IMG/VR virus record: IMGVR_UViG_3300025326_000088
Span: 1-42,109 of that record
Length of the DNA stretch: 42,109 nucleotides
Direction: 5' to 3' (one strand)
Origin: a virus
Lineage: Duplodnaviria > Caudoviricetes
Shown here: in pieces, positions 9,877 to 18,348 of the stretch
Position numbering within the stretch: the stretch's first letter is position 1
How the letters are laid out: the number at the start of each line of letters is the position of its first letter
Position numbers and translations under genes: made by a program
The notes under the pieces: generated by a model
Told to the model about the DNA's origin: nothing
Seen by the model: the letters and a program-made list of their open reading frames with translations, nothing else
The model's database searches: none

Positions 9877-10323
9877 TTATTTCTCCAAAAATGATTTAGC
9901 AATTTGATCTGCCATTGCTGACCATTTATCTGTATTTCTTTTTATCTTAATAACCTTGGTACATACAAGTAAAGAATATTCGGCAATAATTCGTACCCAT
10001 AATTCTTTATTCTTTACAGCAAAACCATTAGAAGTTAGCCATCCATTGTTTTGCCATTTCTCGTACCATTTATAATTAATGCAATTCACTACATAAGCTG
10101 AATCAGAATATATTTCTATTTTGTTTTTTTGAGTCAACTCATACACTGAAGCAACAAACAATGCATTTAACATAGCATACATTTCTGCTATTTGGTTTGT
10201 ACAATTTTTAATGGCACCTTTTTTCTTTATATAATTTTCTCCATCATATTCCAAAATAATTACAGCCCACCCACCTTTTTTTGTTTGAAGTGAACATGAA
10301 CCATCTGTATAAATTTTAATCAT
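9877..10323 (-). CDS. rnhA: Ribonuclease HI
   Basis: IYTDGSC, GGWA, TNQIAEM, YSDSAYV, KNKELW, MADQIA motifs. Confidence 0.93.
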   Translation of the reverse strand: MIKIYTDGSCSLQTKKGGWAVIILEYDGENYIKKKGAIKNCTNQIAEMYAMLNALFVASVYELTQKNKIEIYSDSAYVVNCINYKWYEKWQNNGWLTSNGFAVKNKELWVRIIAEYSLLVCTKVIKIKRNTDKWSAMADQIAKSFLEK

Positions 10324-10568
10324 GACAATTGTACATGAAAATTGTCAGAAAGCAACAAGAACCAATTCGTATCTAAAGGAAAAACAAATTCATTGCAAAT
10401 TATTCCAATTGAAGCTAAATACGTTGAAGCTGATTCTTTTGCACTTAAAGAAGAATTGTATGGAATTATCTTTCTTTTATTATTATGTAAATCTTTTATT
10501 GATACTCTTGCGCCTTTGTAATTTGTAGGACCAATGTACTTAACATAAAAAGCTCTTTTATGTTTCAT
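10320..10568 (-). CDS. Conserved phage hypothetical protein
   Basis: KYIGPTNYKGARV motif; start moved to ATG 10568 (GGAG RBS). Confidence 0.65.
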   Translation of the reverse strand: MKHKRAFYVKYIGPTNYKGARVSIKDLHNNKRKIIPYNSSLSAKESASTYLASIGIICNEFVFPLDTNWFLLLSDNFHVQLS

Positions 10569-10585
10569 TTTTAATCTCCAATAAT

Positions 10586-10639
10586 AAAGAGACAAGGGAA
10601 CCAAACCCAGCATTCAACCCTTGATCCCCTTGCTCTTTT
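10586..10639 (-). other. Intergenic imperfect RNA hairpin (terminator or processing site)
   Basis: AAAGAG-A-CAAGGG...CCCTTG-CTCTTT inverted repeat downstream of 10672..11163. Confidence 0.5.
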
Positions 10640-10671
10640 CCGTTGGGTACGCATCAACAGAATTTATATTG

Positions 10672-11163
10672 CTATTCTTCTTCCCCGTAAGTTTCTTTTA
10701 CAAACTTTTTGACAGGATTCAATCCGTTAAAATAGCTTGTAAAAACAGGAAGATCATCTTTGTATCCAAGGTCACGGATAACCTTGTCAACATTTTCCAG
10801 AACAGCTTTGCCTTCTGCTGCCGTCCAATCTTCAAATGCTTTATGAGCCTTGTTGCATATCTCATTAAGACGATTTAATTCTGGAATTTTGCTAACAGCA
10901 GATACAGTTCTTTTTACTCCGCCGCCAGGCAAGAATTTTCCATATTCTGATTTACCAGAATGTAGTCCTTTTAGCATTTGTTCGATCGGAACACCTTTGA
11001 TGGATTCGGCATTCTTAATATCTTTTTGGTATGATTCCCATGTTTTGGTATCAGTACCAAAATCTTTCTGTACTAACTTTTCCTTACCTGATTGTAAGAA
11101 TTTTCTTCGCAGTTGGATAGGATCCATTTCTGCAACATCTTTCTGTTTTACTTCATTAGACAT
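10672..11163 (-). CDS. Early protein, paralog A
   Basis: Shares KGLHSGKSEY.KF.PGG with 13679..14179; first gene after a promoter. Confidence 0.8.
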   Translation of the reverse strand: MSNEVKQKDVAEMDPIQLRRKFLQSGKEKLVQKDFGTDTKTWESYQKDIKNAESIKGVPIEQMLKGLHSGKSEYGKFLPGGGVKRTVSAVSKIPELNRLNEICNKAHKAFEDWTAAEGKAVLENVDKVIRDLGYKDDLPVFTSYFNGLNPVKKFVKETYGEEE

Positions 11164-11225
11164 TTCTGTCTCCTTTTTGTTTTGGTGAATAGTTAATTGG
11201 TTAATACTATTTAAAATGGACTATT

Positions 11226-11254
11226 AATTTAATCAATTAGTTTAATAAAGTCAA
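11226..11254 (-). promoter_or_regulatory. Sigma70-type promoter P1
   Basis: TTGACT-N17-TAAATT with upstream A-tracts. Confidence 0.65.
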
Positions 11255-11425
11255 GATATTTTTTATATTTTTTATATTTTGTTAAGTTCTTATTTCTATT
11301 GGTATTTATGCTAATTGTTTTTGTTTTTTCTTATTACATATTTAATTAAGACAAATGCCAAATATATTAGAAAATATCCAATAATTAAAGTAGAAATAAA
11401 ATAATCCAACATTTCCTCTATTTGT

Positions 11426-11707
11426 TTAATCAAACTTTTTAACAAAACTTGGATGAACGGCCCATTTTGTATTTCCTTCTGCTATAATTTTTAAATTAAC
11501 CTTACCAACATTTATTATGATTCCTTGTATTATTTTCCTTTTTCTTTTACTAAACCACTGTACTTTTTCTCCAATTCTAAAATTTAGTAACATTTCTTTG
11601 AATTTGTTATTTCTAATCTCAATAAGTTTATGAATTATTTCTGTTAACAAATCAGTATCAAGGGATTCAATTGTTTTTATATCAATTCCAAATTCATCCC
11701 AATTCAT
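11426..11707 (-). CDS. Hypothetical protein with SH3-like C-terminal barrel
   Basis: FRIGEKVQW...GII...W.VHPS pattern. Confidence 0.6.
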   Translation of the reverse strand: MNWDEFGIDIKTIESLDTDLLTEIIHKLIEIRNNKFKEMLLNFRIGEKVQWFSKRKRKIIQGIIINVGKVNLKIIAEGNTKWAVHPSFVKKFD

Positions 11708-11940
11708 ATTCTTTCCAATCCTAAAATTTCTAAGTTTTTCTGTTTTTCATCGTACAAAGCCGTGATAGCAAATTCATAATTCTCAATCACAATTTCCTCT
11801 CTAACATTATTGTCAATAATTAATTTACCATTATCGTCTGTTAAATAGAAATTGACACTGCGAATTATTCTTTTGCCGTCTTTATGCGGAAAACATTCAC
11901 GCAATAATTTCATGCTTCTTGGGTTAAGATGGGTTCTCAT
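11704..11940 (-). CDS. Hypothetical protein
   Basis: AGGAG RBS; coupled to the next gene. Confidence 0.6.
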   Translation of the reverse strand: MRTHLNPRSMKLLRECFPHKDGKRIIRSVNFYLTDDNGKLIIDNNVREEIVIENYEFAITALYDEKQKNLEILGLERI

Positions 11941-12025
11941 TTTTGTTCTCCTGTTTATCAGTTTGTTACAGTTTCATATTTATTTTGATTATAACTTTGC
12001 ATATAATTCATAATTATTCTCCTGT

Positions 12026-12208
12026 TTATTTCTTTACAATATTAACCGATGCCAAGAACATGTTCCCTTTTTCATCGGCAATGGGTTGTAGTCCATGAGT
12101 AGTAGCAACAACGGTTGTTTTTCCTGACTTACTTGGACCATGATCTTCTGACAATTCTACTTCTATTGTTAATTTAGTTCCTTTAATACTTAGTTTTACA
12201 TTAGTCAT
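12026..12208 (-). CDS. Conserved small beta protein
   Basis: LTIEVEL...GPSKSGKT.VVATT.G family motif. Confidence 0.7.
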   Translation of the reverse strand: MTNVKLSIKGTKLTIEVELSEDHGPSKSGKTTVVATTHGLQPIADEKGNMFLASVNIVKK

Positions 12209-12420
12209 TGCAATTTTCTCCTTTTATTTTTTAGAGTATCATATTGGCGGCTTCCTACCAAATACAATTTATCTACTTTTATATGTTTAATTAATTTTGT
12301 TCTTTCTTTTTGCCAATTTGCTTTTGCTTCATCTTCCTTTGCAATAGTGTATTCTGCCCATAAAATGGACAGTCCTATAATTAATAATAGAATAGCTACT
12401 GAGACAAATATAAATTCCAT
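12205..12420 (-). CDS. Small membrane-anchored protein
   Basis: N-terminal hydrophobic helix. Confidence 0.6.
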   Translation of the reverse strand: MEFIFVSVAILLLIIGLSILWAEYTIAKEDEAKANWQKERTKLIKHIKVDKLYLVGSRQYDTLKNKRRKLQ

Positions 12421-12421
12421 A

Positions 12422-12832
12422 TCATTTCTCCTGTTTTATTATTGGGAATTGTTTTCCTATTTTTTGAGCAAACTGATCCCTGCAAAAAATATACTTTAAC
12501 ATGACGGGTGTTGATGGTTCTCTGCCAATACGAATCAGCACATCTTTTAAATCTTCATTGCGGATTGGAGTAGTTTTATACATAATATAGAATACTTCTT
12601 CGAGCGTAAACGGTGGAACAGGGTTGGGGACAATAGCACCGAATGCTTCGAGTTGATATACATCAATTCCTTCAACACGATTCGGGTCTATTTCTTTATT
12701 GTTCAGCATTTCATGCCAGCCTTCTTGATTGTCCGAGCAAAGCAAGATATATTCATCACTGTTTATATCTCCTTTGCGCAGACGTTCAAATAAGGCAAGA
12801 GCATCCTTGTGATAAATTACTCCATATTGCAT
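12422..12832 (-). CDS. Hypothetical protein
   Basis: GGAGG RBS, 136 aa. Confidence 0.7.
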   Translation of the reverse strand: MQYGVIYHKDALALFERLRKGDINSDEYILLCSDNQEGWHEMLNNKEIDPNRVEGIDVYQLEAFGAIVPNPVPPFTLEEVFYIMYKTTPIRNEDLKDVLIRIGREPSTPVMLKYIFCRDQFAQKIGKQFPIIKQEK

Positions 12833-12872
12833 TTAATCCTCCATTTCTTGTTCTAAAATATTATTAATCATT

Positions 12873-13100
12873 TTACCTCCAATTCTTTTGAATTACGTTA
12901 TTGCATCGAGAAGAACGAATAACTTCTGCTGATAATTTATGCGGATTTGATTTGTCAACAATTATTTTAGAAATTAACCATTTGCTTGGGAACGTTTTTG
13001 ATTGGGCATGTTCGCAATCCTTGTTCAAATGAAATCCTGAGCAGTATTTACAGCGAAATAAAACAAAACTTAAACTTGATTTAATTTTGATTCTTGTCAT
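12873..13100 (-). CDS. Hypothetical small Cys/His protein
   Basis: CKYC..FH...C; the GAGG RBS favours the MTRIK start. Confidence 0.45.
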   Translation of the reverse strand: MTRIKIKSSLSFVLFRCKYCSGFHLNKDCEHAQSKTFPSKWLISKIIVDKSNPHKLSAEVIRSSRCNNVIQKNWR

Positions 13101-13197
13101 AATTACCTCTCCGTTTGTCTCGTTCTTTTTGTTCATTCTTATTTTCCAAAACGCGCAATTAAAAAAATAAGGCCTGCAATTGGCGTTGCCTTAACCA

Positions 13198-13428
13198 TTA
13201 CATTATCAATAGGAACATTATCTGCGCTAATATCACCGCCGTAACGGAAATTTCATCTTCTAATTTTTCAACGAAAATGATTGTTTCTTTTTTAATAAGC
13301 CGATTTACAAAATCTGTAAATCCGTATATTTCTGTTCTGTCTTTAATCTCTACTGTCTCGTTAAATACGCCATCCAGCTTTGAACCTAAGGCAGTTAATA
13401 TGTTAAAATCAGCAAGTTTAATACGCAT
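13198..13428 (-). CDS. Hypothetical protein
   Basis: 76-aa ORF with AAGGT RBS. Confidence 0.55.
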   Translation of the reverse strand: MRIKLADFNILTALGSKLDGVFNETVEIKDRTEIYGFTDFVNRLIKKETIIFVEKLEDEISVTAVILAQIMFLLIM

Positions 13429-13482
13429 TATTGCACCTTTTTCTTGTTCTGGTTATGATGTTCTTGAATACGATGGGTTAAT

Positions 13483-13516
13483 AAAAAAAATAGGGTAACA
13501 ATTAAGTTACCCTATT
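13483..13516 (-). terminator. Rho-independent terminator
   Basis: Perfect 11-bp stem AATAGGGTAAC/GTTACCCTATT followed by a T-run on the minus strand. Confidence 0.85.
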
Positions 13517-13526
13517 CTGTAGTGAT

Positions 13527-13679
13527 TCACTTTTTAGGCTGATACCAAAGAAGAAAAGTTTCAGCTTCTTCTTTAGTATCAAATAGAGCAATCTTTTCGT
13601 AAATCGGGCGTTCAATCTTTACTTTTTCAATCGTGAAAATGCCATCCTTCTCAAAAATCACAAATTTATAAGCTTCCAT
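13527..13679 (-). CDS. Small early protein (50 aa)
   Basis: Read by hand: MEAYKFVIFEKDG...FDTKEEAETFLLWYQPKK; coupled to the upstream stop. Confidence 0.65.
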   Translation of the reverse strand: MEAYKFVIFEKDGIFTIEKVKIERPIYEKIALFDTKEEAETFLLWYQPKK

Positions 13680-14179
13680 TATTCTACCTTGCCTTTCCGT
13701 TTGATTCCCTGTACAAAATCCGTCACCCGGCGAATATTGCGATGATAAAGATCGAATCCGGTAGGATTTTCTTTATCCTTATATCCCAATTCTTTGATTT
13801 CCGCTTCAATCTTTTTGATTAAAGAATCCTGAGCAACTAAAAACTTATTAAATTCTGTTTTTAGCTTATTCTTTAACTCAAAAAGCGGAACCAATTTTTT
13901 CATCTTCGGTTTCGCTTCATAAACTGCGCCACCCGGGATGAATTTGGAGTACTCAGATTTTCCAGAATGAAGTCCCTTCAAAATAGTCGAAAGTGGAACG
14001 CCTTTTATAGCTTTGCCCCTTTCAATATCCTTCTGATATTCCCGGAAACTTTCAAGAGCGGTTCCAAAATCCGCTTGGGTTAATTGAGACTCGCCGGAGA
14101 TTAAACCCTTTCGCTTAAGCTGCTCTGGGGTTAATTTCTTTTTCGGTGAATCGCTACTATTGATCTTGGGCTGATTCAT
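13679..14179 (-). CDS. Early protein, paralog B
   Basis: Homologous to 10672..11163; first gene after promoter P2. Confidence 0.8.
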   Translation of the reverse strand: MNQPKINSSDSPKKKLTPEQLKRKGLISGESQLTQADFGTALESFREYQKDIERGKAIKGVPLSTILKGLHSGKSEYSKFIPGGAVYEAKPKMKKLVPLFELKNKLKTEFNKFLVAQDSLIKKIEAEIKELGYKDKENPTGFDLYHRNIRRVTDFVQGIKRKGKVE

Positions 14180-14297
14180 AATATGCCCCTTTCCTATTTA
14201 AGTGATTAGTTTACCCACTTAGGCTTAGTCCTAAGGCTGGGCCAATAGATTTTTATTTCAAAGATCGTTCCCGCATTTGAGGCGGTAATCTGAAATC

Positions 14298-14326
14298 AAT
14301 ATAATAAATAGAATATAAAAAGTCAA
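14298..14326 (-). promoter_or_regulatory. Sigma70-type promoter P2
   Basis: TTGACT-N17-TATATT. Confidence 0.75.
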
Positions 14327-14379
14327 GGATTATTTTAATTAATTTTAGGAATCTACTATTTTAATATACTGAGTAAAAA

Positions 14380-14575
14380 GTATAGAAAAGTATACAGGTG
14401 TATGAAAAAGTAGACACTGTATAGAAAAGTATACTTTCTAATGAGTGGTCAAAAAGTGTAAACTAAGTTTACGTATACTAAGTATGCAGGTGTATACTAA
14501 ATCATACATGTTATACTAAAGTATACAGGTGAATATAAGTTCACTATAATATTAATAGTGAATAAGAGTATACTA
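14380..14575. repeat. Array of about 8 imperfect palindromic 15-16-bp units (GTATAC-type hexamers ~10 bp apart)
   Basis: GTATAGAAAAGTATAC (x2), GTATGAAAAAGTAGAC, GTAAACTAAGTTTAC, GTATACTAAGTATGC, GTATACTAAATCATAC, TTATACTAAAGTATAC, GTGAATATAAGTTCAC; AAGTATRCAGGTG recurs three times. Confidence 0.8.
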
Positions 14576-14607
14576 TATATAGAGCACTGATATAATTTTA
14601 ATTATTT

Positions 14608-14647
<40 letters not shown>

Positions 14648-14991
14648 CTCTTATATAATATATAATAATATACTACTGACTGAAATTGAAAGAGCATTAT
14701 GCCCTTGAAATAAAAATAGCGGTATAGGAAATTTATAGACTCCCCCGGTCGGCGATATTAGATTGTTTTCATATAAGTTCACACATCATTTTTTTTAACC
14801 TTGTTTTTTAAAGAAAATTTATTAGGTGTTTAGAAGTTCAATATTTGTTCAATATGTTTTTTTATATTAATAATTCTCGTTTTCAACAACTTCTGAAATT
14901 TAATGTTTCTTCTTTTTTTCTGTAAACATTGAAATCTTGATTTTTTTGTTTCTGGTAACATTTGTTTCTTCATTTCAATTTCATTTTCTCC

Positions 14992-15013
14992 AAAAAAAAA
15001 AAAAAAAAAAAAA
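14992..15013. repeat. Poly(A) tract (22 nt)
   Basis: Direct reading. Confidence 0.85.
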
Positions 15014-15319
15014 TTATAAAAATTTTAGGCGTGATTTTAATTGTAGAGATTCTTGTTTGGAAAGTTTTTTACGTGTGGGTTTTGAATAAAATCTTTGTTT
15101 ATATAATTGTCGACTAGATGTTAAATTTAACACTCTCGTTTCATATATTTCCAATATAAAAGAATTTTGTCGTTGTGTTAATTTTCTACCAGTTTTATTA
15201 TAACTCCATGTTCGTTGTATAAAATCTATTTCCCATTTTGACAATTTAAATTTATTTTTTTTATTTTCTATTGCAAGAACAGATAAATAATGTCCAATCT
15301 TAAAGCCAACAATTTTCAA
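15014..15319 (-). CDS. Hypothetical phage protein (LS.WE..F...LT.RQ motif)
   Basis: Recurrent phage helical motif; start uncertain. Confidence 0.55.
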   Translation of the reverse strand: MKIVGFKIGHYLSVLAIENKKNKFKLSKWEIDFIQRTWSYNKTGRKLTQRQNSFILEIYETRVLNLTSSRQLYKQRFYSKPTRKKLSKQESLQLKSRLKFL

Positions 15320-15392
15320 AAAAAATTTTCCCCAAAATATAAAAAATTCCTCTCACTTTAAAATTTAAAAATGTCAAAAAAAACTCTTCTTG

Positions 15393-15421
15393 AAGATAAG
15401 TAAAAAATTAATCAAAGTCAA
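15393..15421 (-). promoter_or_regulatory. Sigma70-type promoter P3
   Basis: TTGACT-N17-TATCTT. Confidence 0.6.
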
Positions 15422-15453
15422 GTAAAAAATGAAAATGGATGATTTTTTTTATT

Positions 15454-15579
15454 TTATATAATATTTTGTTTCTCAAGCATTTCTATTTTAGCATCTTTCT
15501 TTGCAACTTCTTGAATCCAAGAAATTGTTATTGCTAAAATGGCTAATATTCCAACTACAAATAAAACATGTAACCACAT
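15454..15579 (-). CDS. Small single-TM protein (41 aa)
   Basis: Read by hand: MWLHVLFVVGILAILAITISWIQEVAKK...; GAGG RBS. Confidence 0.5.
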   Translation of the reverse strand: MWLHVLFVVGILAILAITISWIQEVAKKDAKIEMLEKQNII

Positions 15580-15596
15580 AGTTGTTACCTCTGTAT

Positions 15597-16187
15597 CTAA
15601 ATTGGTCTTTTTACTCGAATTTTCTTTTCATTAATAGGATTTATTATTGTACCAGTTTTGATAATATGATCCAATAATTGTTTGGTAAGTTTAATATCAT
15701 TGAGACAATAATCTATAACTGTACCAAATCGTTTTTGTTGCCATTGTACGGGAGCATTTCCACCACTTCCAGATTTATCTGTACCAAAATTTATAGAACA
15801 TATATCACCAAGTCCATATCCAATGTGTGATGGATATTGAAAATGTCTTGATAAACCAGCCGCTTCCCAAATTTCTGCGAGGAGATCATAATCTTTCTCA
15901 TCTGGATAATTGAGGTTGTTGGCTTGAAGAAGTTTCTTGTCGAAACCAATACCATTAAATGTGACTATTGTTTCCGACTGTGAAATCAAATCAGCAAATG
16001 TTAAAAAATTATCTTCTTGAAAAATTCTATATTTATCTTTTATATAATCATATACACCAATTACAGATATTCCCATGTTTTTATGATCATGCCATCCGTC
16101 ACAATATTCTATATTTGGGATTCGTGGTTCTTTGTTAGATTGTATTGCTTTTTTTATTTCTATATCATATATTATCATTGTTTGCAA
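15597..16187 (-). CDS. RNase H-superfamily (YprB/RNase_H_2-like) DEDD exonuclease
   Basis: IYDIEI, TFNGIGFD, DYCLNDIKLT. Confidence 0.8.
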   Translation of the reverse strand: MQTMIIYDIEIKKAIQSNKEPRIPNIEYCDGWHDHKNMGISVIGVYDYIKDKYRIFQEDNFLTFADLISQSETIVTFNGIGFDKKLLQANNLNYPDEKDYDLLAEIWEAAGLSRHFQYPSHIGYGLGDICSINFGTDKSGSGGNAPVQWQQKRFGTVIDYCLNDIKLTKQLLDHIIKTGTIINPINEKKIRVKRPI

Positions 16188-16199
16188 TGCTCCTTGTTT

Positions 16200-16397
16200 T
16201 TATATTTCTTCAATAAATTCCATGTAGTCTGTAAATTTTGTAAGGTAAATAAGATATTTACCAATTGCTATTGTAAGATATGTTTGCGATACTTTTCCTT
16301 TGTCTATTGTATAAACTTTTTTATTATTTGCAATTGCAATTATTTGTCCTTTATTAAGGGATGGTGGAATGTTGATTTTTAATTGGAAGATTTTCAT
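16200..16397 (-). CDS. Hypothetical protein
   Basis: AAGGAG RBS, 65 aa. Confidence 0.55.
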   Translation of the reverse strand: MKIFQLKINIPPSLNKGQIIAIANNKKVYTIDKGKVSQTYLTIAIGKYLIYLTKFTDYMEFIEEI

Positions 16398-16420
16398 AGT
16401 TTTCTCCTTAAAGTTTTTGC

Positions 16421-16449
16421 CGCAAGGTCAGCATATCCTTTTGTTAGCG
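16421..16449 (+). mobile_element. attC right half-site (attC-1)
   Basis: GGTCAGCA-N9-GTTAGCG; GTTAGCGG is 7/8 complementary to the R'' CCCCTAAC of the next attC; no left arm found. Confidence 0.55.
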
Positions 16450-16722
16450 GGCTATTCGTTTTTTAAATTCAGCATAAGATAATTCATAAGTGGTATCTGG
16501 GAAAATTATCATCACATCGATTCGTGAGTTAGCGGTTTTTGAAGATTCTCTCCATTCATGCCAGTTAAAAGCGGTCATATCAATGCAAATTCCAATGGCA
16601 ATAGTAGTTTCTTTTAGATAGTTTGGTTCAAGGTTATGCGCTTGAGCAAAAACCCCTAACCATATAATGCAGCCGAACAAAAGGACTGCGGTGGGAATTA
16701 AATATTTAAAATGTTTCTTCAT
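16444..16722 (-). CDS. Cassette-borne secreted or membrane protein
   Basis: Signal-peptide-like N-terminus; starts inside the attC-2 loop and stops at the TTA of the attC-1 R' box. Confidence 0.7.
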   Translation of the reverse strand: MKKHFKYLIPTAVLLFGCIIWLGVFAQAHNLEPNYLKETTIAIGICIDMTAFNWHEWRESSKTANSRIDVMIIFPDTTYELSYAEFKKRIAR

Positions 16723-16777
16723 GTTTTATCTCTTTATAAATGTTTCAAATTTTGTCGGCTGATTATCACCGTTATGT
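16654..16777 (+). mobile_element. Integron attC site (attC-2, 124 bp)
   Basis: CCCTAAC-CATA-TAAT[G]CAGCCGA[A]CAAAA ... TTTTG-TCGGCTG-ATTA-TCACC-GTTATGT: R and L boxes with two extrahelical bases. Confidence 0.85.
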
Positions 16778-16968
16778 CAAGAAGAAATCCAGTTCTCAAT
16801 TTTTTCCGCCTTCTCAGGATGTTCTTTTCTAAATTCATCCCTCAATGCGACGCATCCCTGGCAAGTCACGATGATAGACAAATCGTGATCAGTGCCGTTA
16901 ATCACTCTTTCAATGAGCAATTTCTTTTTGCATTTGGGACATTCCGCAAATGTTATATCGTATCTCAT
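16777..16968 (-). CDS. Cassette-borne small Zn-ribbon protein
   Basis: MRYDITFAECPKC...TCQGC; AAGGA RBS before ATG 16968; lies between attC-2 and attC-3. Confidence 0.7.
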   Translation of the reverse strand: MRYDITFAECPKCKKKLLIERVINGTDHDLSIIVTCQGCVALRDEFRKEHPEKAEKIENWISS

Positions 16969-16998
16969 AGTAAATTTCCTTGTTTTAGCAGTCCGACG

Positions 16999-17127
16999 CC
17001 CTAACAAAGCGTTTGCACCTGAACGGTGCACATACCCCTACGTTCATAGCTGCGACATATGTGAGCCACGTTCCGCCCATCGGATTAATCCGCTACGCCG
17101 TCAGGTGAAACGCCAAATCTGTTAGGA
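16999..17127 (+). mobile_element. Integron attC site (attC-3, 129 bp)
   Basis: CCCTAAC-AAA-GCGTTT[G]CACCTGA[A]CGG ... CCG-TCAGGTG-AAACGC-CAAATCT-GTTAGGA; internal palindrome CGGATTAATCCG. Confidence 0.88.
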
Positions 17128-17306
17128 GTCAAAGCGCGCTGTCCATCGCCCCGCATGGCATCGGGGACATTTAGCAAGTTTACCCTTACTCTTGTGTGTC
17201 CCTTAAATAACATTTGTAAAGATGCTCTGAATAATATCCATGCTGTTTGGTAACGCTGTTTCTTGTTTCCCAATCCTTTCTCCCAATCAATAATTTTCCA
17301 TGCCAT
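17085..17306 (-). CDS. Hypothetical protein (C-terminus reads into attC-3; probably chimeric)
   Basis: AGGAG RBS; final residues are encoded by the attC arm. Confidence 0.5.
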   Translation of the reverse strand: MAWKIIDWEKGLGNKKQRYQTAWILFRASLQMLFKGHTRVRVNLLNVPDAMRGDGQRALTPNRFGVSPDGVAD

Positions 17307-17313
17307 TTTAATT

Positions 17314-17823
17314 TTATCTCCTTTTTCTTTTTACAATTCTAAAAGCCCTAAATTGTATCTGTTTATGTTTATTCCCAATTAATCTAAAATCGATCTTATG
17401 CGCCAGCCCGCAATCACAACATTTCACGTAATAGTTTTTTCTTCTCGGCGTTATCCATTCCCCGTCATATTGTTGTTTGTATCTCATAGTCGGTGTTCTC
17501 GTCCATCGCCCCGCACGGCAGAGAAGACATAGATGATCATAATGTCCGAATCCATGCGCCGAACAAATAGAAGCCCACCAAAACCCGAACCAGGTACGAT
17601 TGCGAAAAAATCCAACTATGCCTTTAACCGGACCCGCTTTGTCTTCTGTGCGCTTATATATTAATAGCTGTATAACTATAGCCGATAGACCCCCCGATGT
17701 AATAATCCCACAAATGATTTTCCACCTAAAAATATTCCAGCAAAATTCATAATCCAAATATTCTTCGGGAGATGGATACAGTTCCACAAGCTCTGATCCA
17801 CAATATTCACATTTGTTACTCAT
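17314..17823 (-). CDS. Cys-rich hypothetical protein, apparent fusion of two small phage genes
   Basis: CEYC...CSAH...CLLCRAGRW joined in frame to MRYKQQYDGEWITP...CCDCGLAH; start moved to MSNK. Confidence 0.6.
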   Translation of the reverse strand: MSNKCEYCGSELVELYPSPEEYLDYEFCWNIFRWKIICGIITSGGLSAIVIQLLIYKRTEDKAGPVKGIVGFFRNRTWFGFWWASICSAHGFGHYDHLCLLCRAGRWTRTPTMRYKQQYDGEWITPRRKNYYVKCCDCGLAHKIDFRLIGNKHKQIQFRAFRIVKRKRR

Positions 17824-17827
17824 CCGT

Positions 17828-18052
17828 TTACACTCCAACAAACCAAATCCCGTCCGGTTCAAACTTTCCGTTGTCATCACAAAAATATTTACGGGTTTCT
17901 TCATAGCATCCGGCAGTCAATACTTCACCATGTGTCACAGATCGGAAATAATTATTTACGGTTATTTCAATAACTGTTCCCGCTTTCATCCACGGCAAAT
18001 CCTTCATTAAAACAAATTTGTTGGGCGTATGAACACTATAAATTTTATTCAT
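17828..18052 (-). CDS. Hypothetical protein
   Basis: AGGAG RBS; LMKDLPWMKAGT motif. Confidence 0.65.
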   Translation of the reverse strand: MNKIYSVHTPNKFVLMKDLPWMKAGTVIEITVNNYFRSVTHGEVLTAGCYEETRKYFCDDNGKFEPDGIWFVGV

Positions 18053-18279
18053 TTTTTCTCCTGAAATAAAAGTAAATTTTGCAAAACATATACTATGTAT
18101 TCCCTATTGTATATTTGCCACGCCCGCTCCCAATTGGTCCATTCTTGTTGTTTGATTTCGCCTGTCCAACTCATGAAATCCTTTCTGTATTCTTCTGGTA
18201 TTTTTGCAAACGGAGGTGCGTATTCTCCGTCTAACAATTTTATCAAATCTTTTATCAAGTTCGCTGGCTGCTTCTTCAT
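18049..18279 (-). CDS. Hypothetical protein
   Basis: AAGGAG RBS just inside the attC-4 arm. Confidence 0.65.
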   Translation of the reverse strand: MKKQPANLIKDLIKLLDGEYAPPFAKIPEEYRKDFMSWTGEIKQQEWTNWERAWQIYNREYIVYVLQNLLLFQEKK

Positions 18280-18322
18280 TTTTTAGTTCTCCTTGCTTTT
18301 TTAGTTCATTGCTCGAAACCCA

Positions 18323-18348
18323 CCTTCCGGTGAGCATCAACGTTATAC
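18323..18348 (+). mobile_element. attC right half-site (attC-4)
   Basis: CCGGTGAGCA-TCAAC-GTTATAC; its TTA is the stop codon of 18343..18648. Confidence 0.55.

Noticed and set aside
13161-13192. Terminator AAGGC...GCCTT plus T-run
   Set aside because: Inner stem is poorly paired; plausible but too weak to list as a feature.
14380-14575. CRISPR array
   Set aside because: Units are short, degenerate and nearly contiguous, with no unique 30-40-bp spacers and no cas genes.
18229-18250. GTCTAAC as the left arm of attC-4
   Set aside because: The following bases (AATTTTATCAAATC) cannot pair with L' GTGAGCA, so attC-4 is kept as a half-site.
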